This document shows, one piece after another, positions 39,320-53,569 of a stretch of 64,000 bases of DNA (its first letter is position 1; every line of letters starts with the position of its first letter). The stretch is from Octopus vulgaris (taxonomy: Eukaryota): NCBI GenBank assembly GCA_951406725.2, contig OX597816.1:131068001-131132000 (forward strand). Reading direction: 5' to 3'. The notes beneath the pieces were generated by a model, which saw nothing but the letters and a program-made list of their open reading frames with translations, made no database searches and had not been told where the DNA came from. The translations under genes and the position numbers were made by a program.

Positions 39320-39714
39320 TTCAATATGAGTGCGGAAAGAATCTCGAATAAACTCACATAAAGAAAATATATGTATATTTGTCCTGCGGTAAACCTTCTG
39401 GAATATCTAGCTGCATCTGCAACTTCTTCAACCGTTGATAAAAAAAATGCAGTTTCTGTAAAGTCTTTCTATTACAATCATCTACATGGAACAGAACTTA
39501 AAGTAAACAAAACGTACAAGAAAAACGGTGGAATGCGTTTATATACAATTTCAAAAAAATCATATCTTATCGTAATGGTTCTCCACGAGGAAAGATAGTT
39601 AAAATTCCTGGGAGCGATGTATGTGGTAACGAAATACACATGAACCTCACATAGTACAACTTATTTCATTTGAATGAAACTTATCCAAAGGGAATAACAA
39701 TTATATTTATCGCT

Positions 39715-39767
<53 letters not shown>

Positions 39768-39840
39768 AGAAATTAAATATATATAAGAAATTAAAAAAGG
39801 AAAATACGCACACTTAAATAGTTTTAATATAATTTTTAAT

Positions 39841-39875
39841 ATATCGACCGGTTTCGCTATCGCTATTCATGATAT
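39841..39875 (-). ncRNA. Degenerate minimal hammerhead-like motif
   Basis: AUAUC-AUGAAUA-GC(GAUA)GC-GAAA-CCGG-UC-GAUAU. Perfect 5-bp stem I and palindromic stem III, but the CUGANGA box carries two changes. Confidence 0.4.
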
Positions 39876-40209
39876 TATGTTTTACTTATTTGAATATATA
39901 TCTTTTCTTTAAGAAGAAATTTTGTCCATGTTGTGTGTGATGAAATTCACGAGTGAATGACTTCACAAGTAGATAAATAAAGGAAGGTAATTGGTTGTCG
40001 TTATTATTGTTATTGTTGTGGGTAGGGGAGATAACTGTTCAGCTTTCGGTAATGGGTGGGGATTATATATGTGTACAGACAGAGACAAGTTTCAAAAACT
40101 TGTATATATATATATATATATATATATATACAAGTTTTATGTATATATATATATATATATATATACATCAGTATATATATCTAAGAACACTGTTTACTCT
40201 TAACGTTTT

Positions 40210-40640
40210 TGACAAAATTTTGTATTTTAGAAGTTATTTCACGTTAAAGTTGTCGTATTTGGGTAATTTTAATCAATCAGTGACGTATATTCAGCTGAAG
40301 ATAGTTACTACTACTTGCGAAAGTAATGGGAGAGCAACAACTTCTGGATCATCGCGTCATCTGTTTTGGACGCTGCGTACATATATGTATGTATATACAC
40401 AGATACATGTATACGTATACAAATACCAATACATACACAAACGTCCATCATACACACACACACACATATTCATATGTAAAGCTGATAAAACCCCGAATGG
40501 AAGCAAGGAAAAGGAGATGTTTTAATAAATTAATATGCAGTGGTAGGGGCTTGGTAAGTTTATGTAAACTGTCATTCAGATCTTCAACACGTCACCACTC
40601 TCTCTCTCACTCTCTCTCTCTCGCTCTCTCTCACTCTCTC

Positions 40641-40681
<41 letters not shown>

Positions 40682-41105
40682 ACGATTTGTCACGTTAAAA
40701 AATCAGGCGCAATCACTGAACGAGTTAACTGAAAACGATTAAAACGTATATTTATGTGTATGTACATGAATGCATGTATGTATGTATGTATGTATGTATG
40801 TATGTATGTATGTATGTGTGTGTATGTATGTATGTATGTATGTATGTATGTATGTGTGTGTGTGCAAGTATGTATGCATGTATGCTTGTATGTATGTGTG
40901 TGTGTGTGTCAGAAAATGTGAGAATTTGTTTAGTTGCTTGACCTGCTGGTAATAACAGCTAAATCTCTCACAATATCACACACTAACATTATATAAACGA
41001 GAGGATAAGATGAAAAAAATGCACACGCACACACACGTCACCCATTCCCTATAAAAGAACTTTCTCTTTTTCTCACCCACCTTTTATACTTTTCTCCCAC
41101 CTCTT

Positions 41106-41147
<42 letters not shown>

Positions 41148-41296
41148 GACCCGATGACCCGGAAGTTGTTGCTCTTCCAGTACTTTCGCAAACAGCAGTA
41201 GCTTACTTCAGCTGAATACACGTCAATGATTGGTTAAAATTACCCAAATACGACAACCTTAACACGAAATAACTTCTAAAATACAAAATTTTGCCA
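40210..41296. repeat. Pair of ~150-bp inverted repeats (40210-40361 / 41146-41296) enclosing microsatellites
   Basis: CAAAATTTTGTATTTTAGAAGTTATTTC...GAGCAACAACTTC.GG.TCATC is present in both orientations. Confidence 0.8.
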
Positions 41297-41844
41297 CTGT
41301 ATGTGGCCGAGCATTATCCTGATGAAAGAACACCGTTCGTCTTGAAACTCAATTTGCTGGCTTTTCCGATGGCACGCAGGTGTCGATGAATGGTTTACTG
41401 ACCAAATCCAAACTTCTCTTTTGTTCCATAAGGGTTCGCAGGACGTCCTCGTCGAGCTCTACAGATCTTCCAGGACGAGGCTCGTCTTCTAGGCTGTAGT
41501 TTCTAGATCGGAGTTTCTAGAACCACCGTCGACACTGGCTTACGTTTATTGTCCGATCCCCATATGCTGCATTAATATTCCTCGCACTTCGCGTTGTGTT
41601 GTTGCCTTTATTGAACTCATAGAGCAAAATATGCCGAATATGCTCTTTTGTCGCTTCCATTATAGCTTTGAAAAAAATAACTGCTAAAATCGAATTGCAC
41701 TCTTGAAAACTTGCAGCAAGAATAAATACAAGGTAAAATTACTACCTGCTTTTACAGCGAGCTGATGCAGGTAGTTTATCCCGTCCCCCTCCGACTTTTA
41801 GTTCATGCAATTGAAAAAACCACATTATTTATGAGATGACCCAA
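41297..41844 (-). mobile_element. Truncated mariner element (5' TIR + transposase fragments)
   Basis: TIR TTGGGTCATCTCATAAATAATG next to TA. Reads MEATKEHIRHILLYEFNKG...SLEDEPRPGRS, then FHQDNARPHT after a deletion. Confidence 0.9.
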
Positions 41845-42257
41845 TATATTGCAAGCAGGGGAGCGTACGGTCTGGTGGTGGTCCTGTCGTCTGCTGGAAG
41901 ATGGTAGGAGTTCGATCCCCTGCTTGCAATATATATCGGGTGCAGATTGCATCGATAACCAGCTGGAGGATGCTCCTCCTGAGGTTAAAATCTGTAGTAA
42001 CGTCGGTTCCTATGGAACACCTATATTGAAGTGACGATAAACATTATTTCTCAGTATAGTTACTACTTTCGTGTCTTATAGAGATTTCCTAACTAGCTAC
42101 TTTGCTTGTTAGAATAACAGATGATTAGAAATAATTCGAACTATAACTAGTTAGAAGTTGGTTGTGGCCGAATTTGGTCTCTATATAAAATAAGAATGAG
42201 AATGAATCAGTTTCGAATACACCAATATAATGAAAATATATGTGTTTATTCAACAAA

Positions 42258-42420
42258 GGCGCAGGAATGGCTGTGTGGTAAGTAGCTTGCTAACCAACCA
42301 CATGGTTCCGGGTTCAGTCCCACTGCGTGGCATCTTGGGCAAGTGTCTTCTGCTATAGCCCCGGGCCGACCAATGCCTTGTGAGTGGATTTGGTAGACGG
42401 AAACTGAAAGAAGCCTGTCG

Positions 42421-42479
<59 letters not shown>

Positions 42480-42710
42480 TGTGTGTGTATATGTTTGTGT
42501 GTCTGTGTTTGTCCCCCTAGCATTGCTTGACAACCGATGCTGGTGAGTTTACGTCCCCGTCACCTAGCGGTTCGGCAAAAGAGACCGATAGAATAAGTAC
42601 TGGGCTTACAAAGAATAAGTCCCGGGGTCGATTTGCTCGACTAAAGGCGGTGCTCCAGCATGGCCGCAGTCAAATGACTGAAACAAGTAAAAGAGTAAAA
42701 GAGAGAGTAA
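42258..42710 (+). mobile_element. SINE family B, apparently full length
   Basis: tRNA-like head GGCGCAGGAATGGCTGTGTGGTAAG...GGTTCAGTCCC, CORE-like CTTGGGCAAGT, internal (TA)n, tail ...GACTGAAACAAGTAAAAGAG. Confidence 0.92.
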
Positions 42711-43535
42711 TTCATATGATGCTCGCAGAACAGCGAGAATCCAACTCCTAATTCATTAAGAGAATTTACTCTTAATACATTATGGTACATTCGAACGTAA
42801 ATATATGATTGCCGTTGCTTTTCGTCCGCTTTTAGTCTTTAGACAATGTGTATTCATACCACACACAATTCACTATTGTAAGGAGACTTCGAAATACTAA
42901 GGTATTTCGACATTGTTGGGTGTCTCCTCAGTCAAAACTACCCCGCCGGGCCGGTTATTCTAACAAAGATACGAGCTCTTGTTTGTAGGGATCAGTAAGC
43001 AAATTTTTTGTTGACGAGTACTGCTGTTTACCAAACTGATGATAATTCGTGGAGCGCACGTCAAACAGCGAGACTCCAAATAATAACGTATTTATTAATT
43101 TTTAATATGTTCTGGCAGTCTCGAAAGTGAATAGCTAATCGATGTATATATTTATCTTCCGATGAAACTTCCGGGTCATTTTGATTTTCTGCGAGAATAT
43201 CTGTGTATGTGTATGAACATTTGTGTGTGGAGTGGGGGGGGGGGGCGTCTACTCGTTTGAATTAACTTGCGAGTGCCTGGATATTTCACATACAGGTGTA
43301 ATTTTAACGTAATTTTCAGGCAGAATTAGCGCAATATACAGGTTACAAGCTAGGCTGTTGAATTACAACTACGCCCCATCCGCTTGGCTTTCCACAAATT
43401 TTCGTGTACCTAGATTCGCTCGACCCGCGAGTATTGACACATGTCCAAGACCACACAGAACTTAATGATTGCAAAATGAGCTTTCCAACCACTCGGCCAT
43501 GCTAGCGCGCGCACGTGCACTTATATATATACACA

Positions 43536-43574
<39 letters not shown>

Positions 43575-43854
43575 ACACACACACGATACATGAGTGTACT
43601 TATACATATACATATGTGTACTTATATATATATATATACATAAATATATATATACTCAGGCACATACATATACATACACATATACATACACACCTATATA
43701 CATCATGTATATGAATGTGTGTGTATCTTTGTATTTGTATTTGTCCCCTCGTCGCCTCTTGCCAGCCGGTGCTGGTTTATATATGTCCCCGTAATCAAGC
43801 GGTTCGGCAAAAGTCACGGATAGAATTAATGCAACAGTTACAAAAAAAATAATA

Positions 43855-43905
<51 letters not shown>

Positions 43906-44051
43906 TAATGAATATATAAATAAATTCTGTGGTCGATTTCTTCGACTCTACCCTTCAATACGGTGCCCCGGTATAGTTGCAATCCAATTACAAAAACAAG
44001 TAAAGGATAAGAGGTACATACATGCACACACACAAACACATCCATCCATCC

Positions 44052-44082
<31 letters not shown>

Positions 44083-44718
44083 CATACATACATACATACA
44101 TACATACATACATACATACATACATACATACATACATAGAGTATATTGTATTTTCGTTTTATCACGTTACTCATCTGTATTTCGTTTCGGTTCTGTTTGC
44201 TTTCCTCTTCTTTTCTTTTCTTTGCCCCTTTGCATATATGATTTTTTAAATTATTTTGTTTTTATTTTTAATTTTCGTCTTTCATTTGCATTCGTCTGGT
44301 TTCTGTTTTTTATCAAACATCACATGGAGATGTTTAGGATCCAGCAACTAACTCATTGACTACAAACAGTTAAACGATGGTAGTACTTGAAATTTAAGAA
44401 ATATAAAACAGCAGAATAAAATTGTTTACAATAAAACTACTGAACATATTTATCAGACTGTTTTTCTTTTTATGTATGTTTGCGCCTTTAATTTATTATT
44501 ATTTTGTTGTTGTTGCTCGTTCCTTCTGTTGTTGGTTGAATTTATTTATTTATCCATTATTTATTTATTTATTTTTGTTTTCAACAATAGCGACATCTCG
44601 TTGATGTACATATATGTGCGCGCACACATTAACATCTACACTTCGTACAAGCCATTCGCGCACTCTTGTATTTACTACACACTCACACATAAGCACACAC
44701 ACTCATACATACACACAT

Positions 44719-44778
<60 letters not shown>

Positions 44779-45123
44779 CAGTGACATATCACTTGTTTGT
44801 CTGTCTGTTATGCCATTGCTGCATGAATATCAAGATATGTAAGCAGACATCTGGAAACTGATAACAGCCAATGGGTGTATATAAATGCAAACTTTGCTGT
44901 TTCTAATAAACATAATATTTTTTAGATAACTTATTGTTAAATTACTTCGCATGTTTCTAGACTATGCACACACACACACACATACACACACACACACACG
45001 TATGTATACATATATATACGTATATATACACATGCGTATATATACACATACATACGTACACATATCCTACATACATACTTATAGTGAATCTTGTTTTTCA
45101 ACACGTACACATACACACGCATA

Positions 45124-45163
<40 letters not shown>

Positions 45164-45764
45164 TGTGTATGTGTATGTGTGTGTGTGCATGTATATATAT
45201 TAACAGTTATTGCCAAGCTAATATGGCTCTCCATAAATATAGGACGAAAGTTGCCGTTGATTAGCTCCAAGAGGCCATCGCTTCTAGCTAGCTATATGAC
45301 ACACGAACCTGTGTCTATTATTATGGACACACACATCTCACATAGCATGACAATTTGTGAAGTAGGTATACCGAAACAAATTCATGAATTTCAAAAATAT
45401 ATACACTTTTATTAATAATACACTAAAACAACTATAAAATTAGAAAATTTTCTAAACACTTGTCTAGCATCAATATGCACGTTATCTCGCCGTGTGGAAA
45501 TTAATACACAATTGCTATGTGACAATATGTTTGTTTCTCTCAGTAGCTGAGATCCGAGTTAAATAAATTCAGATGGGAACTTTAAACGATTTGAGTCTGT
45601 GAAACCGAAACGTGGTGGTTTCTTTATTTCATATTGCAATCACCAAGCAATAGCATTACTAGTAACAGAATTCCTACGGGTCATATGTATTTGTGTGTGT
45701 CATATGTCTTTGTGTGTGTGTGTGTGTGTGTGCGTGCGCGCGTGCGTATGTTTGTGTGTGTGTG

Positions 45765-46045
45765 TGATGCATGGCCTAGTGGTTAGAGTGTTGCATTCAC
45801 GATCATAAGTTCAATTCCTAGACTGGGTGGTGCGTTGTGTTCTTGAACAAAACACTTCATCTCAGGTTGTTCTGCTTTCACTTCGACATCTGACGCTTCG
45901 TACACCGTGCGCCTGTTCAGATAACGTCGATTTGATGGAGTGAGCGAGCTAATGTACAGCATATATATTTGATCGCTATAAACAAATCATTTGTGCAACT
46001 CGTTCGACAAAAGCTGAACACTTACACCTCGTCTTCGACAGGAGA
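45765..46045 (+). mobile_element. tRNA-derived SINE (family C-related head, different tail)
   Basis: ATGGCCTAGTGGTTAGAG..GTTCAATTCC..TGTGTTCTTGAACAAAACACTT. Confidence 0.7.
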
Positions 46046-47599
46046 GTCCATCGTGTGTGTGTGTGTGTGTGTGCGCGCGCACGCGTGTGTAGCGTCAATA
46101 AGATGGATGCATGGCGTTACATTGAATAATGTTTCAAAAATTAAACCGAAGTCCCATGTATGTATGTATGTATGTATGTATGTATGTATGTGACGAGCTT
46201 CCGCAAAGTTTCCGGCTACCATTTCCCACCTGCAAGCTATTATTAGTCAGCCCGAGGTTTTGATAGATCTGAAGAACGTGCATCTGTGCATCATATAATT
46301 AGCTCTAAACTAATATTCCATATGATGTTATAAATAGTTAAAAGTTAATATTCTCTCCCTTGTAAGGAAGTGAGTAATCGATCTCTGACAACGATAATAA
46401 ACGTTGAAAGTAGTCATCGTGTTTTTTCCAGACCACGGAAAGATTAATATTCTGTGGTTTACAGTTAGAGTTATCGAATTTGTTAGTACCACTGAAGAAT
46501 ACATCTTGATGTGGTGTTTGTTTGACAAGTCAGACTGTTCGACGTCATCTCCCGCCAAACAATAGCCAAGTAAGTCATTCAAATTACGACAAGCCCATCT
46601 TTTGGATGGTATCTAAGTCTACATTATTCAGTGTATCCTTCCAATTTTAAAGATGGTAAAGTGAAATTTCAAGGAGATTTGATTGATATTCTTTACAGGT
46701 TGAGCGGCCAGATAGTGACTCACTCGTTTGGTCGAATTTCTGTTGATATCGTTCGGAATTCAACTTAAAAGCATCTATCACCTATACTTGTTGAGAGTCA
46801 TATAATATTCTAAAACCGTTTTCGTGCAATTTATTGTATTTCTCTGCTTTCATATTTGACAGATCTTTGCCTACACAAAGTACAGAAAATTAACAGGTGA
46901 AAATTAAGAGTTATACAGACTTTTACGTTTTACCATCAAAATCTAAAATAATTAAATTGTAATTTCAACTTAAATTTGGGAATTTCATATTTTCACGTCA
47001 AAAGTATTAATATAATTTTATGTTTAATTAATTCTAAACAATGTGAGATTTCCACGCTATGAGTGGAAAGAGGACAATTGGCGTATTTTCATTCCTGATT
47101 TCTTCTATATTGTGTGGAAAATATTATGAAACTTAGCGCCAGAAATGAAATAAGGGATACATAGAACATTTTACTTGTCTAACCATTTTTATTTTAAAGA
47201 TGCAGTACGGAATTTTGTCAGTGAACAGGGTCCGGTCTCAAAACGACGAAAATATTTTGGCAAATTAAATTTAAATGTTGAAGTGAATCTAACGGATTTT
47301 GTGTGTTTCTTAAATGGCTTATAAACACCTTCCATGCTGCAATTAATATTACAAATTCATTAAAAGGAAAATGTAACTAAATTTATCCATAAAAAAATAA
47401 TTATAGTGTTTCAAAATTAGCTCAAACTGAAACATTTTTTTTTTTTGCCCAGTTAAAATATTTAAGGCAATAGAACTTTCTTGTTAGCACACATATTTCT
47501 TCGTGTAAGAGCTATTAAAACAGTGATTTCTAACATAAGCTCAAGGCCTGGAATTTAGTAGAAAAAAAGGTAAACTGAATATATGGACAACAGTATTTG

Positions 47600-48150
47600 A
47601 CTTGTAGTTTATATTATAGGTCCTGGAAGAATAAAAGATAAAACTGGCCTCGGCGGGATTTGTTGCATTTCTTATCGCGATGTTAGGGACAGCTGGTCTC
47701 TTAAATAACCATTTGTATAAATGTTCTTTAAACATTCACGTCTATGCCTCGCAGACCTCTGAGGTTTTTTGACACGATATGAAAAAGCTGCGAGCTCTTT
47801 AATCCGAAACTATTACAGTATTGGGTTCTAACTCTAGATGGAGAGGGCAGAATTTTTGGTATTATGCAACAGTATTCAGTTCGATGGTTATATAGCTTTT
47901 CAATGCCAAAGTGAGATACTAGACCTATCAGGATCTTCCATACATGTATCATTGTATAGCTTTCGCATTTTCTCTGTCGAGAGCAGTCTCAATTCTTTTA
48001 ACCTTACCCAGTTGCTAATCTGTTGCACCGAAGCAATCTTCTTTATGTAGTGGTATTGGATTGCTTCGAGCTCCGTTGTTGGTTTGCCGCTTTATGGTAA
48101 CCATCAACAGTTCAGGTGATTGAGAATGAATATCTTCCATAGCACCAATA
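47600..48150 (-). mobile_element. Decayed CR1/L2-group LINE 3' fragment
   Basis: Minus strand W.RLKELRL..., IHVWKILIGLV, YCNSFGLKSSQLF and FKEHLYKWL match CR1-group ORF2 C-terminal motifs. Contains frameshifts. Confidence 0.75.
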
Positions 48151-48473
48151 TAGCTTCCTTTTTCTTTATTTTGATTGATCTTAGATTCTATTAATCCAGT
48201 CGCTTTCACGTAGTTACCATCTTAGTAATATGCACACGGAATGATACATCATTGCTTATGTAGCTCTCATGTCACGCGCCGACTGTATTCCGCATGTATG
48301 TATGTATGTATGTATGTATGTATGTATGTATGTATGTATGTATGTATGTATGTATGTATGTATGCATGCATGTATTTATGTGTGTGTATGCATGTATGTA
48401 TATATATATAAAAAGATGTGTATATGTATAAACATGTATATACATGTATTTATAAACATGTATGTATAAACAA

Positions 48474-48523
<50 letters not shown>

Positions 48524-49032
48524 GTATTTTTGTGTGTGTGTTGCATTTCTAACCGAAATACCTTGTCAGGAGACTTAATTTTCATCTTCAACTCTCAAGG
48601 GATATTAATGACTTTTTGTTGTTCCGCTTAATTTACATATGAAGCATATACATAGCAATCTTATCCCGTTTGTTCTGCCATACTCTCTGGTTAGAGATAT
48701 GGTGTATTCGATGAAAAACACATGTTAAAATGTGAGATTATTGTAGCTGTAACAAGTGTAAAGAAATTTGTATAATGTCTCACGAGTATACATGCGCGCA
48801 CACTTTACACACGCATGCACATATACACACATGCCAGAACAAGGATGAAATGCCTATTGTTTTTTTGAGATGTTAATGCATTTCAACTGATGCAGTTACT
48901 TTGAATATATATTCAAATCAAAAGAAAGAAGATAACTTACATTTCTGCTTGTCTAAATGATTATGTAAATTGATGTGTTTGATTAAGACAGATAAAAAAT
49001 AACCCTTCTGTTGCGTTCCTTTTATATATATA

Positions 49033-49110
<78 letters not shown>

Positions 49111-49206
49111 CTGCATACAACCAGGTGCATGTTCAGACACAAGATTATATACAATTTTACAATCAAGTAGAAGTATTAATCGTGTAGAAGTGTTAATCCT
49201 GTAGAT

Positions 49207-49473
49207 CAGTGGTTCCCAAACATTTTGGGACTTGCTTCCCCCTTGGCACTTGGGCCACATTCCTAGAGCCCCCATCCCCCATTCACCACCACAAACATAA
49301 ACCACTTCTTGCATCAAATTCAAAGCAACTGTATTTCACAAATAAAACTTATCCTAATTAACCCACTAGTTTGTTCTTTTTACATCCATCGCCCCCTTTT
49401 GGCTACCCCATTATCGCCTCCACTTTTCTTCAACCGCCCCCAGGGGCAGTATCGCCTGCTTTGAGAACTACTG
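49207..49473. mobile_element. hAT (Charlie-like) MITE
   Basis: TIRs CAGTGGTTCCCAAA / TTTGAGAACTACTG. Degenerate 8-bp flanks CTGTAGAT / CGCAAGAT. Confidence 0.75.
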
Positions 49474-50402
49474 CGCAAGATGTATTATTAATCTTGGTTG
49501 GTTGAGATATTGCTGAAGTATGGGTATACCTCAACTTACGTTGGTAATTGGTTTCCAAGATATGTGACTTAACCTGTAAAACGACGTAACACGAAAAAAA
49601 GTACAAGATTAAAAGTTTATCAGTTTATATCTGTTTCAATAAATGGTTTGTAAATATTTTCACGTGTATTTTATTTGATTTTTCGACTTCAGAACTGGAT
49701 TTTAGAATTTTTAAAAAATGTTTATGCTTTTACTACGTTTGATGAGACAGACGCAAAGTCTGTCAAATTAAATTGAAGTTTATTTTTACGATTAATTTCT
49801 TTAAAAAACCAAAAACCAAGATGGAAAACCAAAAAAAGACGTAACTCGAAGCAGCATAGGTTGAGATATGCTTGTATTCATTTTCAAGTATGTAATCCAA
49901 ATTGCCATGCACTGGAATGTTTCCATTTGCTCTGTCTGAACCGTCTGCGAAGTTGTAGCTCAGCACAGCAGGCTAACGAATCACTTGTTAATTATGCATA
50001 GCTTCTGTTGCTTACAGTGTTGAAACGTACCACGTTGTTAAGTGTCTTTTTAAACGACGTGGTGAAAGTAAAATTGTCAAGTCAACACTAATATAGTAGT
50101 ACTCAATGATTTTGATTTTGTGACGCGGTGGAAATTAAGCAAAAATTATTTGATCATTTCACAAAATAGGCTTAAAATTACACTTTCAGAAAAAATTTGT
50201 TTATTGTATTTTTTATTGTTTATCAATCCATTTTTTCTGCTGATTCCAAAAATGAAATTATTTTTTGTGTATCATCAACAGTTAAAAAAAGTATGTCAAC
50301 TTTCAATGTTATTATATATTCGGTATTGTTATAATGTTCCGCTACTAAATGTATGTCTAATTTTCTCTTTCAGACCAATTACTAAGTTCTGCTACTTTCA
50401 GG

Positions 50403-51385
50403 ATGGCTACTAGAGTATGTAAAAATTCTCGAGATACATTTTGCTATGTGTGTGATTATTATATTGGTAAAAAGCATGTATTACATAAGATCGTGAAAGG
50501 TACCAAATTGTGGATAGCGTACAGACTCTATTTCAGAATGCCCATGGGTGACCAGGACAAACAATGGGCCCCACATGTATTATGTGGAAGCTGTCGATCT
50601 ACTCTAGAAGGATGGTTAAGAGGTACAGGAAGGTCAATGCCTTTTGCCATTCCAAGGGTATGGAGAGAGCCAAAGAACCATCACGATGACTGTTACTTTT
50701 GTATGATCGATGTGACAAAGTACAGAAAAGTGAAAGGAAGACAAGCTCTTCAGTATCCAGACATACCATCATCTAGGGCACCTGTCCCACACGATGAAAG
50801 TTTACGAGTACCACTACCACCAGAAAATATTTCATCTGAAGAGTCAACAAGTAGCAGCAGCCAAGAAATGGTGGAGGCTTTCGTACCAAGAACGACTTCG
50901 GAGCCTCACTTTCCAAATCAAAGTGAGCTAGATGATTTAATCAGGGATCTGGGTCTTACTAAGTCAGGAGCTGAACTTCTTTCATCAAGGTTAAAGGAAT
51001 GGAATCTACTGGGAGAAGACTGCAAGACATCTGCGTACCGGAAACGCCATGAAGAATTTGAAATTTACTATGAAAATATTAATGATCTGTGTTATTGTAA
51101 ATATGTGATTGGTTTGTTTACTGCTATTGGACTCAAGCATGATTCTGTAGACTGGCGACTGTTCATAGATAGCTCAACACGAAGTCTCAAAGCAGTGTTG
51201 CTCCACAATGGAAATAAATATCCTTCTTTGCCTCTTGCACACTCCATACAGAAGAAAGAAAATTACGATAATGTCAAAGAACTCGACAAAATAAATTACG
51301 CTGAGTTCAAGTGAGATGTTTGTGGTGATTTCAAGATGCTTCTTGCAAGGGGGATACACAAAGTATTAATGTTTCCTTTGCTTAT
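50403..51385 (+). mobile_element. Truncated Chapaev3 (CMC superfamily) transposase; 303-aa open N-terminal part then stop/frameshift
   Basis: Motifs C.NSRDTFCYVC, WAPHVLCGSC, MPFAIPRVWREP..HHDDCYFC, ELDDLIRDLGL.KS.AELLSSRLKEWNLL and WRLFIDSSTRSLKAVLLHNGN. Continues after TGA as DVCGDFK..LQGGYTKY.CFLC, then is cut by a SINE tail and microsatellite. Confidence 0.85.
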
Positions 51386-51429
51386 CCCCTCCCCCGAAAT
51401 TGATGGCTTTGTGCCAAAATTTGAAATCC

Positions 51430-51531
<102 letters not shown>

Positions 51532-51559
51532 TTATTATTATTATTATTAGATACAAAGA

Positions 51560-51770
51560 GTCGAGCTGGCAGAATCGTTAGCACGCTGGACTAAATGCTT
51601 AGCGGTTTTTCGTCTGTCTACGATCTGAGTTTAAATTCCGCTGAGGTCGACTTTGCCTTTCATCATTTCGGGGTCGATAAGATAAGTACCAGTCAAGTAC
51701 TGGAGTCGAGGTTATCTACTTTCCTGCTCCTTGGAAAACTGCTGGCTCTGTACCAAAATTTGAAACCATT
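51560..51770 (+). mobile_element. SINE family A
   Basis: GAGCTGGCAGAATCGTTAGCACG...GTCGACTTTGCCTTTCATC...CAAAATTTGAAACC. Confidence 0.88.
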
Positions 51771-53084
51771 GTTGTTAAATAGATCCAAAGCCTCCGAATT
51801 TTATGAAGAGGAGCAATCTGATTGCGTGACATTCATGAAAAGTACAAATGACCAAATATTCTGTCTGAATGTTCTTTCCAGTAACGAAAACATCTGTGGC
51901 TTTTCTCTTCATTGGGAAGGTTATATAAATAGCATGGGTTTTATGAAATCTCATGACGACAGAAAATATCTATAGACATGAACAGGAACGAAGGACGAGC
52001 TTGCTGCTTAGACAACTTCAACACACTCATCTTACTCCATTCTAACAAATAATACACAAAGCAACACGAGCCATAACAACAATAACAACTGTAACTACCA
52101 TTGTTGTTGTTGTTATGGCTCGTGTTGTTGTTGTTGTTGTTGTTGTTATCGTCTTCATCGCCATTGCATCATCATCATCATCATCATTATCACTATCATT
52201 ATCATCATCATTATCATCATTATCATCATTATAAATTGCAGCGATGAAAACCGGAGAAAACGAAATCTGCGAAACGTAACACTCTAAATGAGATTAATGG
52301 TTATCTAATATCGTTTTTATTTTTCTTCTTTTCTGTTAACTACCCGCACTCCGACTAAGTGTTTAGTCAGTTCTAATCAACTACTGTAACAAGGTAGAGT
52401 GAGTAGATTATTTAGCTACGAGACCAGTCCATGTTCATGAATCGGATATTTACGAGCAATGGACAGATTTGAGTTGCTATAATTTCAAATCGTTTTATGG
52501 TCGTGTTAAAAGACTAGCAGCGTAATTGATCCCAACTATAATACACGTTGTACTTCTCCAAACGAATGGCTTGTCTATGGAAAGCAATTATCAAGAAAGT
52601 CGTATTAATTTGTTAATTTGATCAACATTCGATGCCTTTGTTGAAGATTGTTTCTGCCAATATTTTTATTCAAAACAATTTTGCCTTATAATTCTGGCTT
52701 TCTTGTTGAAATATTAAACTGAAGATTTTGGTAAATTTGTTTTCGTAAAAATTCCCATATGTAGTCAGCTACCAAAACTATGTTTTGAATTAACTGGGCA
52801 AAATATTTTCTAGCTCATTTTATCTTCAATGTTTTTTTTAACAAATATACGATGCTTCACGCGCGCGTGTGTGTTATATGAGTTTTATTGATGCGAGAGT
52901 TGATTTATTCTGTTAACAAATAATTAACTGTGTTGACCTTGAAAGACTGTTTCCTGTTCAAAGCAATTTTATTCGTTTCTTTTTTATTTTCTTTGATCTG
53001 CAAAATGCTATACAATTGCCATCGAAAAATATTATAAATAAGAAATCACGAACACTAGTTTCTTAATGTTCCCATTTTGGAAGG

Positions 53085-53250
53085 AGTGAGCTGGCAGAAT
53101 CGCTTTCACGCCGGGCAAAATGCTTAGCGGCATTTCGTCCGTCTTTACATTCTGAGTTCAAATTCCGCCGAAGTTGATTTTGCCTTTCATCCTTTAATCG
53201 ACTTGCCCACTCCTCTGAACTTGCTGGCCTTGGTGTCAAAATTTGAAATC
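53085..53250 (+). mobile_element. SINE family A (internally deleted)
   Basis: GAGCTGGCAGAATCG..GAGTTCAAATTCCGCCGA..CAAAATTTGAAA. Confidence 0.85.
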
Positions 53251-53569
53251 AGTATTTTCATTATGAGCTTCAAATGATGAAATATACTAAACGGTATGAT
53301 CTACCCAAAATATATACACACACATATGTGTGTGTGTATGTGTGTGTGTGTCATTTTACAAACGATAAAAGTAAGAACAGTAGTTACCAGCAAAAAGCAA
53401 TTTTCAGCTATTATTTCCCTTCACGAGAGGCCCGTACATAATACATTTAAGCAAAAGAAAATTATAAACATTGCTCGAGATATTTAAAAATACCAGAATG
53501 CAACGTCAATGGCCTAAAAAAAAATCTATGTAACAAAGAATATCATCACAATGTAACAAAAATTATCAT

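Noticed and set aside
46464-46575. Plus-strand exon-like segment ending CAA/GTAAGT
   Set aside because: All frames are closed; at best a UTR exon with no support
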